Shown here: positions 47,453 to 62,649 of the stretch, in pieces
Layout of the letters: each line of letters starts with the position of its first letter
How positions within the stretch are numbered: position 1 is the stretch's first letter
Source: the human T2T-CHM13v2.0 reference genome, Homo sapiens
NCBI GenBank assembly: GCA_009914755.4
Contig: CP086569.2
Coordinates: 6,528,001 to 6,592,000, forward strand
Length of the DNA stretch: 64,000 nt
Reading direction: 5' to 3'
Translations under genes and position numbers: made by a program
Notes under the pieces: generated by a model
The model's input: only the letters and a program-made list of their open reading frames with translations
Told to the model about the DNA's origin: nothing
Databases searched by the model: none

Positions 47453-47693
47453 AGTGCGATCTCAGCTCACTGCAGCCTCCACCGCCTGGGTTCAAGCAAT
47501 TCTTCTGTCCCAGCCTCCTGAGTAGCTGAGATTACAGGTGTGTGCCACCATGCCTGGCTAATTTTTGTGTTTCTAGTAGAGATGGGGTTTCATCATGCTA
47601 GCCAGGTTGGTCTCAAACTTCTGACCTCACGTGATCTGCCTGCCTTGGCCTCTCAAAGTGCTGGGATTACAGGTGTGAGCCACCGCGCCCGGC
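47453..47693 (-). mobile_element. Alu (antisense), 5' remainder of the Alu split by LTR12
   Basis: Reads gtgcgatctcagctcactgcagcctccaccgcctgggttcaagcaattcttctgtcccagcctcctgagtagctgagattacaggtgtgtgcc...ctcaaagtgctgggattacaggtgtgagccaccgcgcccggct. Confidence 0.9.
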
Positions 47694-47852
47694 TGTGAAT
47701 GGGCAGTATTATTCAATGCTGCAAGCATTTTTGCTTGGCTGAATTGCCTGATAGATAGGAATTTGGAGAAAAAGAAGTTTACGTATATATGTGGTGGCAC
47801 TTTATTTCTTACATCAGTAATAAATCATTTATTTACTTTTATTTTTTATTTA

Positions 47853-48142
47853 TTTTTTTGAGACAGAGTCTTGCTCTGTCGCCCAGGCTGGACTGCAGTA
47901 GTGCGTTCTTGGATCTTCACTTACTATAAGCTCTGCCTCCCAGGTTCATGCCATTCTCCTGCCTCAGCCTCCTGAGTAGCTGGGACTACAGGCACCTGCC
48001 ACCATGCCTGGCTAATCTGTATTTTTAGTGGAGACGGGGTTTCACCGTGTTAGCCTGGATGGTCGTGATCTCCTGACCTAGTGATCCACCCCCCTCAGCC
48101 TTCCAAAGTGCTGGGATTACAGGCGTAAGCCACCACGCTGGG
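47853..48142 (-). mobile_element. Alu SINE (antisense)
   Basis: PolyT + gagacagagtcttgctctgtcgcccaggctggactgcagtagtgcgttcttggatcttcacttactataagctctgcctcccaggttcatgccattctcctgcc...gccttccaaagtgctgggattacaggcgtaagccaccacgctgggcc. Confidence 0.92.
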
Positions 48143-48169
48143 CCTATAACAAACGATTTACTTATCTAT

Positions 48170-48446
48170 TTTTAGAGACAGGCCCTGTTACTCAGGCTGA
48201 AGTGCAGTGGGGCAATCACAGTTCATTGTGGCCTCAACTTCCAGGGCTCAACTGATACTCCTCAAAGTAGCTGAGACCACATATGCATGCCACTATGCCC
48301 TGCTTTAAAAAAAAAAATTCTTAATTTTTGTAGAGACAGGTCTTGCTGTATTGCCTAGGTTAGCCTCGAACCCCTGAACTCAAACAGTCTTCCTGCTTTG
48401 GCCTCCCAAAGTGCTGACATTACAAGTGTGAGCTGCCACACTTGGA
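48170..48446 (-). mobile_element. Two partial antisense Alu fragments (48170-48305 and 48330-48446)
   Basis: Reads ttagagacaggccctgttactcaggctgaagtgcagtggggcaatcacagttcattgtggcctcaacttccagggctcaac... and ttgtagagacaggtcttgctgtattgcctaggttagcctcgaacccctgaactcaaacagtcttcctgctttggcctcccaaagtgctgacattacaagtgtgagctgccacacttgg. Confidence 0.7.
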
Positions 48447-48633
48447 CAACAAATACTTTAATATAGTGATACCATATAAACTCATTTTAAGAACTGGAGA
48501 AAAATTCAGTAGGACTGAGCCATGATTTCCATTTCTGGTGCACTGTGGGTGATACTTAGTGTGAACCTGGACACCTGTGCTCCTTCAGTTGTTCATATAT
48601 CTTGTCATCCATGGGAAGATGAGAAGTGAAGTT

Positions 48634-48951
48634 GGGCCAGGTGCGGTGGCTCACGCCTGTAATTCCAGCACTTTGGGAGGCTGAGGCGGGCGGATCACGA
48701 GGTCAGGAGATTGAGACCATCCTGGCTAACACGGTGAAACCCCGTCTTACTAAAAATACAAAAAAATTAGCTGGGCGTGATGGCGGACGCCTGTAGTCCC
48801 AGCTACTCAGGAGGCTGAGGCAGGAGAATGGCGTGAACCCAGGAGATAAAGCTTTCAGTGAGCCGAGATTGCACCACTACACTCCAGTCTGGGCGACAGA
48901 GTGAGACTCTGTCTCAAAAAAAAAAAAAAAAAAGAAAGAAAGAAAAGAAAA
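48634..48951 (+). mobile_element. Alu SINE (young, near AluY consensus) with A-tail and GAAA tail variants
   Basis: Reads gggccaggtgcggtggctcacgcctgtaattccagcactttgggaggctgaggcgggcggatcacgaggtcaggagattgagaccatcctggctaacacggtgaaaccccgtct...gcgacagagtgagactctgtctc + A-run + agaaagaaagaaaag. Confidence 0.95.
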
Positions 48952-49618
48952 AGTTGAGTGGAGTTCTGTCATCAGAGTCTGCCATGCAAAAATTGGTAGT
49001 GCCAGTATGCAAACGTAATTCCCAGCTGCCATAAAAGTCCAGGTGGCTTCACAGTTTTTGATTGTATTTTCTAAAAGCAGCTGAATAGGGAATTGAAGTC
49101 CCTGCCATTTGGTTCATTTGGGGGTCAGAATAAACTTGGGTCCTTGCCTTCAAATCTTTCAAGAGAATCTTATCATGCATTCTAGTTCTATACAATTGTA
49201 ATGCCAGCTCCATGTAGATAAAAACTCAAGAATTCAAAATTATAAACTTGAAAATGGCAATTGCCAAGTTCTGTCAGTCACACATCAGTCTGGGAGACAT
49301 GATTTGGTTTAATTCCCATTTTGATTTTGGAAAAAAGTCACATTTGGCTTGCTTTGTTTCACCAAGACACACTGGTGGTTCTGTCCCAATTTCAGCCACT
49401 TCCAGTGATCTGTATTAGGATACTTCAAAAACCCTAACCAGAAGAGGCAATCTTTGAGGTGCACCCAGCTCAGAAGCTGGTGAAAATAAGAATGATTAAT
49501 CTCTTCTGGGCAGTACATGACAGAAATTATCATAGACCATATGAGAACAGGGAGAGAAACTTGTGGGTATTACATGTCATGCTGTGCTCTGATAAAAAGA
49601 AGGTTGTGGATATTACAT

Positions 49619-50262
<644 letters not shown>

Positions 50263-50947
50263 CACGACATGCTGTGCTCTGATAAATTTCATGGGACTCA
50301 GTATGATTTCTTTAAGTTGGTAGTCTCCAAATTTGGGGAAAGGACAGGGACAGAAATGACTTGCCTCAGGTTTTAATTCTTGAAAGTGTCTCCCAGGTGA
50401 GTTTTATGCCCTCTGGCAGGTGCACAGCAAGATTTATTGGTGTGCAGGGAGAAACTATGAAAATGCTCTCTAAAAATATCCAACAGTTGCAAAAAATACA
50501 TATTTTCTTTGAAAACATACATATGATATTAGTTGAGTATTTTATATATTTAATAAATAAATTACATGACTTAGCAGCACCTGCTTAAAACTTTGACTGA
50601 TAAGGTTACACACACATGAAAAAGATCACTGATGTAGGTCCCCAAAGGCTAGAAGAGAGGGTGATACTAAAGTCCCTGGATGCAGGTGGGACACAGTTGT
50701 ACTCCCGTTTCCTTTGGCTTTAGCTGCTCAGGTATGTGTGAGCTTGCGTGTGCATGTATGTGCACTAAGTAACTTTGATATCCACCAGCTTAAAGATCAG
50801 GCATTGCTCCAGAGAAGTACAGATATTAGTGATTTGACTTATTGAAGAAAGAACATGGAGTGACAGGACTGCACTTTTTGGATCTGGTGTATTCTGTATG
50901 TTGTTTTCTTAAATTTTATTTATGTATTTATTTAACTAATTTATTTA

Positions 50948-51228
50948 TTTTGAAATGGAGTCTTGCTCTGTTGCCCAGGCTGCAGTGCAGTGTGTAATCT
51001 CAGCTCTCTGCAACCTCTGCCTCCCGGGTTCAAGCAATTCTCCTGCCTTAGCTTCCCCAGTAGCTGGGACTACAGGTACATGCTACCATGCCTGGCTAAT
51101 TTTTGTATTTTTGGGAGAGACGGATTCACCATGTTGGCAAGGTTGGTCTTGATCTCCTGACCTTGTGGTTCATCTGCCTAGACCTCTCAAAGTGCTGGGA
51201 TTACAGATGTGAGTCGCCGTGTCTGGCC
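50948..51228 (-). mobile_element. Alu SINE (antisense)
   Basis: Reads gaaatggagtcttgctctgttgcccaggctgcagtgcagtgtgtaatctcagctctctgcaacctctgcctcccgggttcaagc...ctctcaaagtgctgggattacagatgtgagtcgccgtgtctggcc. Confidence 0.9.
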
Positions 51229-51270
51229 TATTATTTTTTATTTTTTTGTTTTCCAAATTATGTATTTTCT

Positions 51271-51555
51271 TTTTTTCAAGACAGAGTTTTGCCTTGTTGC
51301 TGAAGCTGGAGTGCAGCAGCACTATCTAGACTCACTGCAACCTCTGCCTCCTGGGTTCAAGTGATTGTTTTGCCTCATCCTCCCAAGTAGGTGGGACTAC
51401 AGGTGTGCCACCACGCCCAGCTAATTTTTATATTTTTAGTAGAGACAGGGTTTCACCGTTCTGGCCAGGCTGGTCTCAAATTCCTGACCTTGTGATCTGC
51501 CCGTTTTGGCCTCCTAAAATGCTGGGATTATAGACATGACCCACTGTGCCCAGCC
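51271..51555 (-). mobile_element. Alu SINE (antisense)
   Basis: Reads tttttttcaagacagagttttgccttgttgctgaagctggagtgcagcagcactatctagactcactgcaacctctgcctcctgggttcaagtg...ggcctcctaaaatgctgggattatagacatgacccactgtgcccagcc. Confidence 0.9.
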
Positions 51556-51852
51556 TTTTTTTATATTTTGAAACAGAGTTTCACTCTTATTGCGTAGGCT
51601 GGAGTGCAACGGCATGGTCTTGGGTCACTGAAACTTCTGCCTCCCAGGTTCAAGGGATTCTCCTACCATAGCCTCCCAAGTAGCTGGGATTACAGGTGTG
51701 CACCACCACAACACGTCGAGGTAATTTTTTGTATTTTTATTAGAGATGGGGTCTCACCATGTTGGCCGGTGTTGAACTCCTGACCTCAGTTGATCACCCG
51801 CCTTGGCCCCACAAAGTGCTGGAATTACAGGTGTGAGGCACTGCACCTGGCC
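51556..51852 (-). mobile_element. Alu SINE (antisense), directly abutting the previous one
   Basis: Reads tttttttatattttgaaacagagtttcactcttattgcgtaggctggagtgcaacggcatggtcttgggtcactgaaacttctgcctcccaggttcaagg...ccacaaagtgctggaattacaggtgtgaggcactgcacctggcc. Confidence 0.9.
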
Positions 51853-54810
51853 TGCGTGTTGTTTTAAAGCTGAAAAAATATGTTTTAGAACTAGATGACA
51901 GTATCTTGTTTGCTGGTGCATGAGGAAATCTTGGAAAAATGCTAAGCATTTTATGACTCTCCAGTGTTTTCATAATCTGTAATTCTGTTTATAAATCAGT
52001 CACTTTCATTGAAAGGTGCTGTTGGTGTTGTGGAGAGTTAGACATTTTGCTGCAGAGATGGTTGACTTTAAAAGATAGCAACATGAAATAGTGCCAGAAA
52101 TGGGTTGTTATAAAAGTTCTTGTATGCCTTAAATCTGGCTTTTTTTTTTCCAGACACGTATTTCGTCTGTTGTGGTTATTGTTAACAGTTTTGTTTTTGC
52201 ATTTCACATTAGAGTTTTTTTTTGTTGTTGTTGTTGAGAAAATTGTCATTTGGTTGCTGCTACGTTACTGGTGTTACAGAGTGAATAAATGTAGAAATTA
52301 CACACAGGATTCAGACCACATTATGGGTTGTGGAGGTGAGAAATAGGACTCACCGCCAAACTTAAGGTCTTTTGGCTGAGCCCATTTGCTGAGAATAGCT
52401 GAAGATTTGGTTTTCATCAGGCTAAATGCCAGCCAACTTCAAGTAGTTCCAGGTTTCCAGATCAGATTTTTAGTTTGTTTAACTTTTAGTTTAACTGAGA
52501 GGATTGACATACCAGCTTTTGTTTTTATGTATTATTTTTGGGGTTTGCATCTATTTTCTCCTTTGTGAATAATGCATTTGCAGTGTAACTTTGTTATATG
52601 AAATGATGCTTATATACTGGTGCAGTGCATTAAAAAGCCTACAGGGAACAATACTTGTAGATTTGTATGTATTGATGTCACAGGTTCCTTGGGGTGTTGC
52701 TTTGCCCGAGGAAAACCTTTGTGGGAGGTGGTGCCTTCTGCCTTAGTTTTGCTCAGGCCTGCTGGGTTCATTCCACCCACTTGGCCTGGGAGGCTGTACT
52801 TGGCTTGTGCTACTGGCCTGGATCCCATGCCTGCCAAGGGTGAGCCAGGCACAGGGCACTGGGGTGTCTGTGTGAATGTGGGGTGCTGGCTCCGTGTGAG
52901 ACTGTGGCTAGACCAGATGTACCACATGTGGCTTTTGTTGTGGGCGTCTGCATCTGGACAAGGAGAACGTGGTGGCACCCAGAAGATTGGAGACATGAGG
53001 AACTGCAGAAAGCCAAAGAGGGTATCACAGCCCTGGCTTGGGTATCCCACTTTGAAAATCCACAACTCATCTCTCCTCATTGCCTGCAACATGGTAAACA
53101 GGGAGGGAGGGGTGTGTTTTAGCCCTGTTTGTGTTACAGATCTTTCAGTCCCACCATTTGGTGGGTCCTGAGTTCTTATCCCACATCCAGGAAGAATGTG
53201 GTACGTAGACAGTTGGTAGGGGAGCAAGGTGGAGAGAAGCTTCATTGAACAACAGAACAGCTCTCAGGAGACCTAAAGTGGGTAACTCCTTTCCACAGGC
53301 AGGTCATCCTAAAGTCTAGCTGATACTGGCTGAGTCCGGAGTTTTTATGGTCTCAGAAGAGAGGAAGTGTGTGCTCATTGATCCATGGGGTCCATGAATG
53401 TACCCAAAGAAAGCACCATAAGCTCTGACTTCTGGCCACAGACTCCACCCCGAACTGGCAGCCTGGTCCCCAGGCTTCAGGCCATCCCTGGCCTGAAGGT
53501 GGGATTTCACCAGGAACCCACCCTTTCCTGCCTAGGAACCTATCTGCCTCCCATGTCCATCAACATGCTGTCCATGGTGCCTAGGCTGTCCAAGCTGAGG
53601 GGTGCCTGCAAGCCTGCACTGAGCTACCCTTGGCCTTCCAGCCTCCTTCTTGTGCTCATCAGTGCCCAAAGTCTGGAGGGGGTCAAGGTGGCAAAGGCTG
53701 AGCATGTCAGTGTTGCCTCAAGTGTGTACACACCCAGCTGGGTCACAACAGCACTCAGGCTTGGCTTCAACTTTGCTCTGAAATTGGAGCAGGTGCTGGG
53801 ATTGGGGAGAGGCCAGGCAGCATGATCAGGCACTTCTGAGCCTGTGGGGGCAGTGCCTTCCTGGGCCCCTGAGAGTAGTGGTATGCCCGGGTACAACTGT
53901 GGCTGGGTGGTTGCAGCTGCACCTAGAAGGGTGGGCCTCTGTGTTCCCAGCTCCTGATGGGAACACTATGGAGTGTGCGGCCTCAGCCAGGCCTGCCCTG
54001 CTTCAGCTAGCATTTTCCAAGCAGCTGCTCCAGATGGGCCGCCGCTACCATCACCAACAGGATAACGCATAGCTGAGCATGGTTCATGCTCATCTTTTGC
54101 TAAAGTGAAATATTTATGTCTACTTTTCTTTAAAAAAAACCCTGTTACTTCTCTTTATAGTAATACTTCATTGTTCACTGTAAAGAGAAAGTAGAATTTT
54201 TAAGTATCTCGTTTCATGCACCTGTCTCCACTCTCCAGAGACCAGTGCATTTAGGTCCCCATAAGACCGTTATAATAAAGTGTAAATAAAGCAAATGCAG
54301 AGTATATTTGGGGACATACTTTGTATGCCCCCACAGCCCCACCCTTATAAGAGAAAAGAGATGGCATAATGTATTTTGCGTTTAGCCAGATGCTTTGAGA
54401 TTTACACAGGTGACTTCATATTGCAAGCAGGTCAGTGGAAAACCACTGAATTGCTTCAGCTGTGAACTAGAATCCTCTCCTGTCTCTGTTGTTGGGTGAC
54501 AACACTCGTAATTATTCATTTGCTTATTTGCCAGCCAAATCACCATATGTAGTATCTCAAAAGTGTATCTCACAGAATGACCCTAAGCAGGTTGACCTCT
54601 GAAGCCTGCACCAGAGTTGACTTTATTTCCTAAGTGATGACTTTATTTCCTGTGCTTGTGAAGGGCAACTGTCTAGGTAGAGTTTCTGGGTGTTTGAGGT
54701 GCAAGAGGTACTTAAGGAAATGAATAATAAGGCCAAATGGTAAAAGCCCCAGGGACATGGAATCTCTGAATATGCTAACCTCCAGAGAAACTATGAAAAC
54801 AAATTAGTTT

Positions 54811-55753
<943 letters not shown>

Positions 55754-56805
55754 CTATTTATGGCATTGTTGAATTACTATCTATATAATTTATATCAGTG
55801 ACAGCAGTAACTTCTCATTAGGAAAATAGGCTTACTAAAATTAGCAGCTTTCATCTTTATACGGAAATCAATTTTAGCTGGAATAATTGTATGCGAAGCT
55901 TTATAATTGGAAATTTGAAGTCAGCAAAATTACTTTAGTTACGTTAGTGTACTCAAACAAAATGTAGAATAAGATTAGTTCATGGGAACATTTCATTTTT
56001 ATCTCAGTCAGCACTGGTCATACCCACCCAGTAGTTAGATAGTTTCTAGTTAAATTTTGTAATTTTTTGAACATCCTGGACATGTTTTACAAAATTAGAA
56101 ACACTAGTTGCAAAAAGAGGTTGTATGTTTTAATTATTTCCCAGTTCATCTTTAACTGCAATAAAAACACAGGGTAAGTTGTCCTTTTTGAATTTTCTTT
56201 TCTTTACGTGTCTGGCAAACAGAGGACCAAGCCTGGGGATCATTAATCTGCTTTTTCTGCGTGATGTTGTAAGGGAAGTTTGGGCTGGATTCATAGTTTG
56301 CTGTCTAAAAGTAAATGTTCAGCCTTTTCTAGTTCCCTGTTTTATTTACTTTTCCATTCAATGTCCTATATTTGGACAACAAATAAATTTTTCTGATGGG
56401 TTTCTGTTGGCCCGGATGTTCATCCCAGTGGAAATTCTTTCCTTCCACACCACTGGGTTGGGAAGTGTTTGCTGGTATTTGGCTTTCTGTATCTCCTGGA
56501 GTTGTCTTAGATACATTGTGTATTCAGGTTGGGCAGTCATTCCCTTTGCAAGCTCTGTGTTACTTTGTTTCATTTGGCTTTGCCGTAAATGTTTGCCCTT
56601 GGCTTGCCAAGATGTCAGCTTGTGATGTTTCATTTAACTTAGAATTATTGAGCCTGACCTAAAATTAAATGTTTTCTTAAACATTGTTAATTGAGATATA
56701 AGTGACATAGAAGTCACCTCTTTGAGGTGTATCATTCAATGAGTTTTAGTAAATTTACTTGGTTTTGTAGACATCACCATAATCTAGTTTTAGAACATTT
56801 TCTTT

Positions 56806-57100
56806 CTTGTTTTGTTTTGAGACAAGAGTCTCACTCTGTCGCCCAGGCTGGAGAGCAGTGGTGTGATCTTGGCTCATTGCAGCCTCCACTTCCAGGTTCA
56901 AGCCATTCTCCTGTCTCAGCCTCCTGAGTAGCTGGGATTATGGGCATATGCCACCACACCCGGCTAATTTTTGTATTTTTAGTCGAGATGGGGTTTCACC
57001 GTATTGGCCAGGCTGGTCTTGAACTCCTGATTTCAGGTGGTCTCCCTGCCTCGGCCACCCAAAGTGCTGGTATTACAGGCCTGAGCCACCATGCCAGGCC
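56806..57100 (-). mobile_element. Alu SINE (antisense) with 16-bp target-site duplication
   Basis: Reads ttttgttttgagacaagagtctcactctgtcgcccaggctggagagcagtggtgtgatcttggctcattgcagcctccacttccaggttcaagcc...gccacccaaagtgctggtattacaggcctgagccaccatgccaggcc. Flanks agttttagaacatttt (56787-56802) and agttttagaacatttt (57101-57116). Confidence 0.93.
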
Positions 57101-57118
57101 AGTTTTAGAACATTTTGA

Positions 57119-57600
<482 letters not shown>

Positions 57601-59064
57601 TGAGACCTGACTTAGTCACTTTGCCTCGCACTCTCCTCACCAGGAAGGGTAGGTGGGGAAAGGGGAAAGAAGGCAAGTATAATAGCCTAATGGGCATTCC
57701 ACCTCAGTTTTCTCATCTGTAAAATCAGGATAATGATGGACTTTTTGCAGGCTCTAAATGTGAAATCCCATGGGAAGTAATTAGCTGGAAATGTGGCATA
57801 CTGAGGGAGCTCATTGTTTTTGTGTTAACAGTAGGAAATGCTGCATAAAGAAGGTGGGAAATGAGCTACCTGTAGAAAGATGGCCTAAGTCCCTGGAAAG
57901 CTGAGGGCACACACCCCTTATGCTGCCCCTGTCTTTCATCGTGAAAGAACCTGCCTGTGAACCTCATGCTTGGAGGGAAGCTGGATGTTGGCCCAGGATA
58001 TACCTTTGCTGTGTTGTCCTCAATCCAGGGCAGAAAGCTCCCAATGTACAGGTTGATTATTATAAAGGAAGAAGGTGTGTTCTTGGAATGTAATGGGTAG
58101 AGGCCAGCAATGGCCTCCTTCAATACAGAGGATGGTCCCCTCCTCTGCCAACAAAGAGTTATCCAGCTCCAAAAGGTCAGCACTGGGGAGGTTAAGAAAT
58201 CTGGCCTTAGAAGTTTTGCACCTGCTGATAGCTGTAAATGAGGTACTTACATTCTCCATAATGAAGTTGAAGGAATAAAAATCCCATGGAGCTTATGAAA
58301 GAAATACAAGTGTCTTTTAGTCTGCATATATTCCGTGGAAATAGGGAATATTCCATGGAAATAGGGATTTCCCTCTAAAGCAAAAATGATAAGACTTTCA
58401 AGCTTGAGTTTTGAAGGAAAAAAAAAAAGACTTTCAAACCTGTTAGAAGCATTCATTTACCAGTGAAAAGTAAAATGTTTTGTAGGCAGAGAAACCATGA
58501 CCGTCCCTTGGCTTCAATCTGATGGTCATGTTCATCTGTGTCTGTTCCCTGAATAACGAGTGTCCACACCTGCCCCCCTTCTCTACTTAATACTTATTAG
58601 TGAGTGCTAACTCTCCTCCTTTCCTGCCTGGCTGGGCCTTTTTCTCCTTCTCCCCTGAAGCTTGCTGCATCTGCTTTCCTCCCTCTCATTAGCTTTGATT
58701 TGTGCTCCTAGGTATCTTTTTGCCTGCCCCAAGCTCATTTTCCCCAACCACGCTCCACTCCCAGGTGATAGCTAATTGTATACTTATTTCAAAGAATCCA
58801 AGCACTGTAGAGTTCTTTCCTTCCTTATCTAGCAGAATCACCAGTTCTGTCTAGAGGGCAACATTATGGATTTTTCTCTACCACTTTCAACTGTCCATAC
58901 ACAAATATGTAGTCTGCTGTTTTTATCTAAATGGACTGTTATTAGTTTCACTCTGTCTGCTTTCCATATTTTTGTATCTTGATGGAGGTATATTGAAATA
59001 CAGTAAGCTAGACATTAAGGTAGAGTTTAGCCCATCTTTTCTTTCTTTTTTGGTATATTATTCA

Positions 59065-59485
59065 TAGAGATGGGGTCTCACTCTTGTCCAGGTTGATGTC
59101 AAACTCCTGGGCTGAAGCAGTCCTCCCACCTTGGCCTCCCAGGGTGCTGGGATTACTGGTGTAAGCCACCACACCCAATCCTTTTTTTTTCCTTTTTATA
59201 TCAAGATCTTGCTTTGTTACCAGGCTGGAGCCCAGTGGCACAGTCCTGCAGCCTTTGCCTCAACCCTTGTGATCGAGCGATCCTACCACCTCAGCCTCCC
59301 AAGTAGCTGGGACTAAATGCATGCCACTATACTTGGCTAATTTTCTTTTCTTTTCTTTTTCTTTTTTTTTTTGGTAGAGAAGGTTTTTTTCCAAATTGCC
59401 CAGGCTGCTGGTCTTGGACTCCTAGACTTAAGGGAGATCCTCCTGCCTCAAGCACCTCCCAAAGTGTTGGGATTATAGGTGTCAC
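59065..59485 (-). mobile_element. Three degraded antisense Alu/FLAM-like fragments (59065-59183, 59184-59345, 59378-59485)
   Basis: Reads agagatggggtctcactcttgtccaggttgatgtcaaactcctgggctgaagcagtcctcccaccttggcctcccagggtgctgggattactggtgtaagccaccacacccaatcc; then ...caggctggagcccagtggcacagtcctgcagcc...cctcccaagtagctgggactaaatgcatgcc; then ...ggtcttggactcctagacttaagggagatcctcctgcctcaagcacctcccaaagtgttgggattataggtgtcac. Confidence 0.65.
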
Positions 59486-59959
59486 ATTTTTTCATCCATA
59501 TGTAGACACAAATATTTGTGAAACCAGCACCACAATCAAAGAATATTTCTGTCACTCTGCAAAGTTTACTTGTGCCTTTTTATAATGTCGCTCCCCATCT
59601 CTGTACCCCTTTCCCTAGACAGCCATTGTTGGGTGTTCTGTGACTATAGAATAGTTTGCATTTTCTGCACCTTGACGTTACTGAAATTGTACTCATTATT
59701 TTGCCTGGCATCTTTCCCTCAGCATCATGATTTTGGTGCTTCATGTTGTTGCACGTGTCACTAACCCATTCCTCTGTATTACTGGGTAGGATTCCATCCT
59801 TTATGCATGCACCTTGGTTTGTTTATTGTTGGATGTTTGGGTTGTTACCTTGTTTTTTATTGTGACAATTGTGAATAATGCTGCTGTAAATGTTTATGTG
59901 GCTGTCCAGTGGTTCTCAAACTTCATTATGCATCAGAACCACTTGCAGAACTTGTTAAA

Positions 59960-60245
59960 ACACAGAGTACAGTGCAGTGCCATGGTTCATGCCTTGAATC
60001 CTGTCAGTTTGGGAGGTTGAAGGTCGATTGCTCAAGACCATCCTTCACAACATAGGGACACCTCAGCTCTAAAAAATCACTGAGTGTGGTGGTGCATGAG
60101 CCTGTAGCCCCAGCTATTTGGAGGCTAAGACAGGAGGCCCTTGAGCCCAGGAGGTTGAGACTACAGTGTGCCATGATTGTGCCACTGCAGTCCTACTGGG
60201 GTGACAGAGCGAGATTCTGTCTCAGAACAAAAAATGAAATAAACA
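59960..60245 (+). mobile_element. Old Alu (AluJ-like)
   Basis: Reads cagtgcagtgccatggttcatgccttgaatcctgtcagtttgggaggttgaaggtcgattgctcaagacc...ggtggtgcatgagcctgtagccccagctatttggaggctaagacaggaggcccttgagcccaggaggttgagactacagtgtgccatgattgtgccactgcagtcc...gagattctgtctc. Confidence 0.8.
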
Positions 60246-61610
60246 GAACACCAACTAAAACACTGAATCCCAATTCCCAATCCCAGTTTGTGATTCAGTG
60301 AATGAGGGGCGTGTCTATGACACTGCCTTTCTAAGGAGCTCCCAGTTGACACCCATGGTAATGGTCCAAGGACCGCACCGACTTTGAGGGCTGCTGCCTT
60401 AAAGGAAGTCTTATATAAATTGTGGTAGTTTTTCCTTTGCTGGTTGTTCCAGATATTTCTCTCCTACACTGTTCCAAGAATAACTCAGGGTAGGTGGCTT
60501 GGGTGCTGATGTGTGTGAAACACAAGCCATGACATTCCTCCAAATAGGTGTCAGCCATCGTTGGGCCAAATTGTACCCTCTCTCTGCTGTGGATGCTGGC
60601 AATGGACTTCTGATGGTATGGTCAGGTGATATAGGCTTGTAGTTGTGCCTGGTTACCAGGGCATCTGAGGTGCTGCTCTGCCCCCTGGAACTTTTGGGCC
60701 AAGTATAGCTACTTACTGAGCTTGCCTTTCACAGGCAAACAAAATCCATTTTCTTCATCTCTTTGTCCTGTGAAAAACAAGGAGATCCAAGTCAGTGCAC
60801 CAAAGGAGACAATTTTGCCCTTCAGGCTTCTGATCAAACAAGGCTTGGAGCAGCTAGAATGTTAACCAGAAAATGTGTAATAACCAGTGTGTTTGTTATC
60901 ATTGTTTTGTTGTTCTTTTATTTCGGGGGAAAGATAATACTTTTGGTTCAGAGAGCAGCTTTAAGTTAGCGTGGACCCTTTTTCGCAAAAGCATTTTCTT
61001 GAATTTGATGATAAAGCCCTGCTCTTCCACTTTGCCTTTGAGCTTAATCTGCAGTTACCTCTGGTCACTGCTTCTCATCTTTGCTGTTGACCTCAGTTCT
61101 TTCCTTTCAGGTTCTTCACTTATGAGATGTGGTATGGAACGGATTCCAGGAGGATTCCAGGCTCTGTAAGGAGGCTTATCTTTTTAGGATGGTTAAATTT
61201 TAGATTTGCAGTGACTTGTAATCATTGGTTAATATCCTAGTTTCTTCTTCTCCTTTTTACTGACAGTTTTACGGAGCATACACTCAACACACTTCCCTAA
61301 AGTGTATAATTCAGGAATTTCCTAGTATATTTACAAAGTTGTGTAACAATCACCATCTAATTCTCACACATTTTCATTGCTCCCCAAAGAGACCCTACAC
61401 CCATTAAGACATTACTGCCACTTCCCCTTCTCCTGTGCTCCCTGGTAACCCTGAATCTACTTTCTGCCTTCATCGGTTTACTCCTCTGGACGTTTCACAG
61501 ATACTGTGACCTTTTGTACCTGATTGCTTCACTGCAATTATTCCTGAATTTCATACATGTTGTAGAATTTATGAAATTCTACCTTTGTGGCAGACTTTCT
61601 GTCAAAACCC

Positions 61611-61928
61611 TGGGTGGGCTGGGCACTTTGGCTCATGCCTGTAATCCCAGCACTTTGGGAGGCCGAGTCAGGTTTATCACTTGAAGTCAGAAGTTTGACA
61701 CCAGCCTGGCAAACATGGTGAAACCCTGTTTCTACTAAAAATAGAAAAATTAGCCAGGCATGGTGGCAGACGCCTATAATTTCAGTCTCGGAAGACTGAG
61801 GCAGGAGAATCACTTGAATATGGGTTGTGGAGGTTGCAGTGAGCCAAGATCATGCAGTTGTACTCCAGCCCAGGTGACAGAGTGAGACTCCATTTCATAA
61901 GAAGACACACAAACCAACCAACCAACCC
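61611..61928 (+). mobile_element. Alu SINE
   Basis: Reads gggtgggctgggcactttggctcatgcctgtaatcccagcactttgggaggccgagtcaggtttatcacttgaagtcagaagtttgacaccagcctggcaaacatggtgaaaccctgtttc...ggttgcagtgagccaagatcatgcagttgtactccagcccaggtgacagagtgagactccatttc. Confidence 0.92.
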
Positions 61929-62649
61929 TGGGTGATTAAGGAAGGCAGGATGATATTCTGAGATAAGGCAGCTGGAGACACAGGCTACCCTTCCCTCCAA
62001 TTACATTTAAAATGAAAAATCATTCACAAATGGAACATTGTTCACAAAATTGTTTATAGTTCACCTTCCATTCTAGCATGAACTGTAATTTTCTCCCTTC
62101 CCATTTTCTTTATCTCCTCCACATTTCTCCCACTTTCCTGTACCTAAAGGTCATTGTAGAAAACAATTTTGGTCAGTTAAAACTGGCCCTGCAGGTCTCT
62201 CCTGTGCTGCATCTTTTGGATGGAGTCAGAAGGTCCCTTCTTGGCATGAGAGTTAGGAAGCTTGCATTTCCCAAGGGGCTTGTGTGACATTCCCTCCAGG
62301 GCTGAGGTCATGGGATTCCCAGCAGCAAGAGTTAGGCTGTCTTCTGTGGTCTTCCCAAAGCCACAACCCTGAATGACCCACAAACATAATCATAAGGTTG
62401 TTTACTTTTTTTGAATTTATCAACCTGTTGTCTCTGTATGACCAAAATTACTGTTCCCAGGTTGGATTGGAGAAGCCAGAGGGTGATTTGTTGAAACCAT
62501 TTATGGGACACGACTTTCTGTGGCATCTGTACCTTCAACTCAAGGCTTATTGATAATACTGAAGACCGTTTTACTTTCCTGGTTGACGTTATAATTGATC
62601 ATATTAGTTTCCTGTCACTACTGTGAGAAATTACCACACACTCACTGGC

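Noticed and set aside
46178-47700. Considered an SVA element because of Alu-like sequence on both sides of a GC-rich repeat block
   Set aside because: There is no CCCTCT hexamer array or SINE-R (HERV-K) part. The flanking Alu pieces are one antisense Alu split by the insertion. The central block has LTR12 signatures (gtgggttcttggtctcgctgac..., ctgattggtg units).
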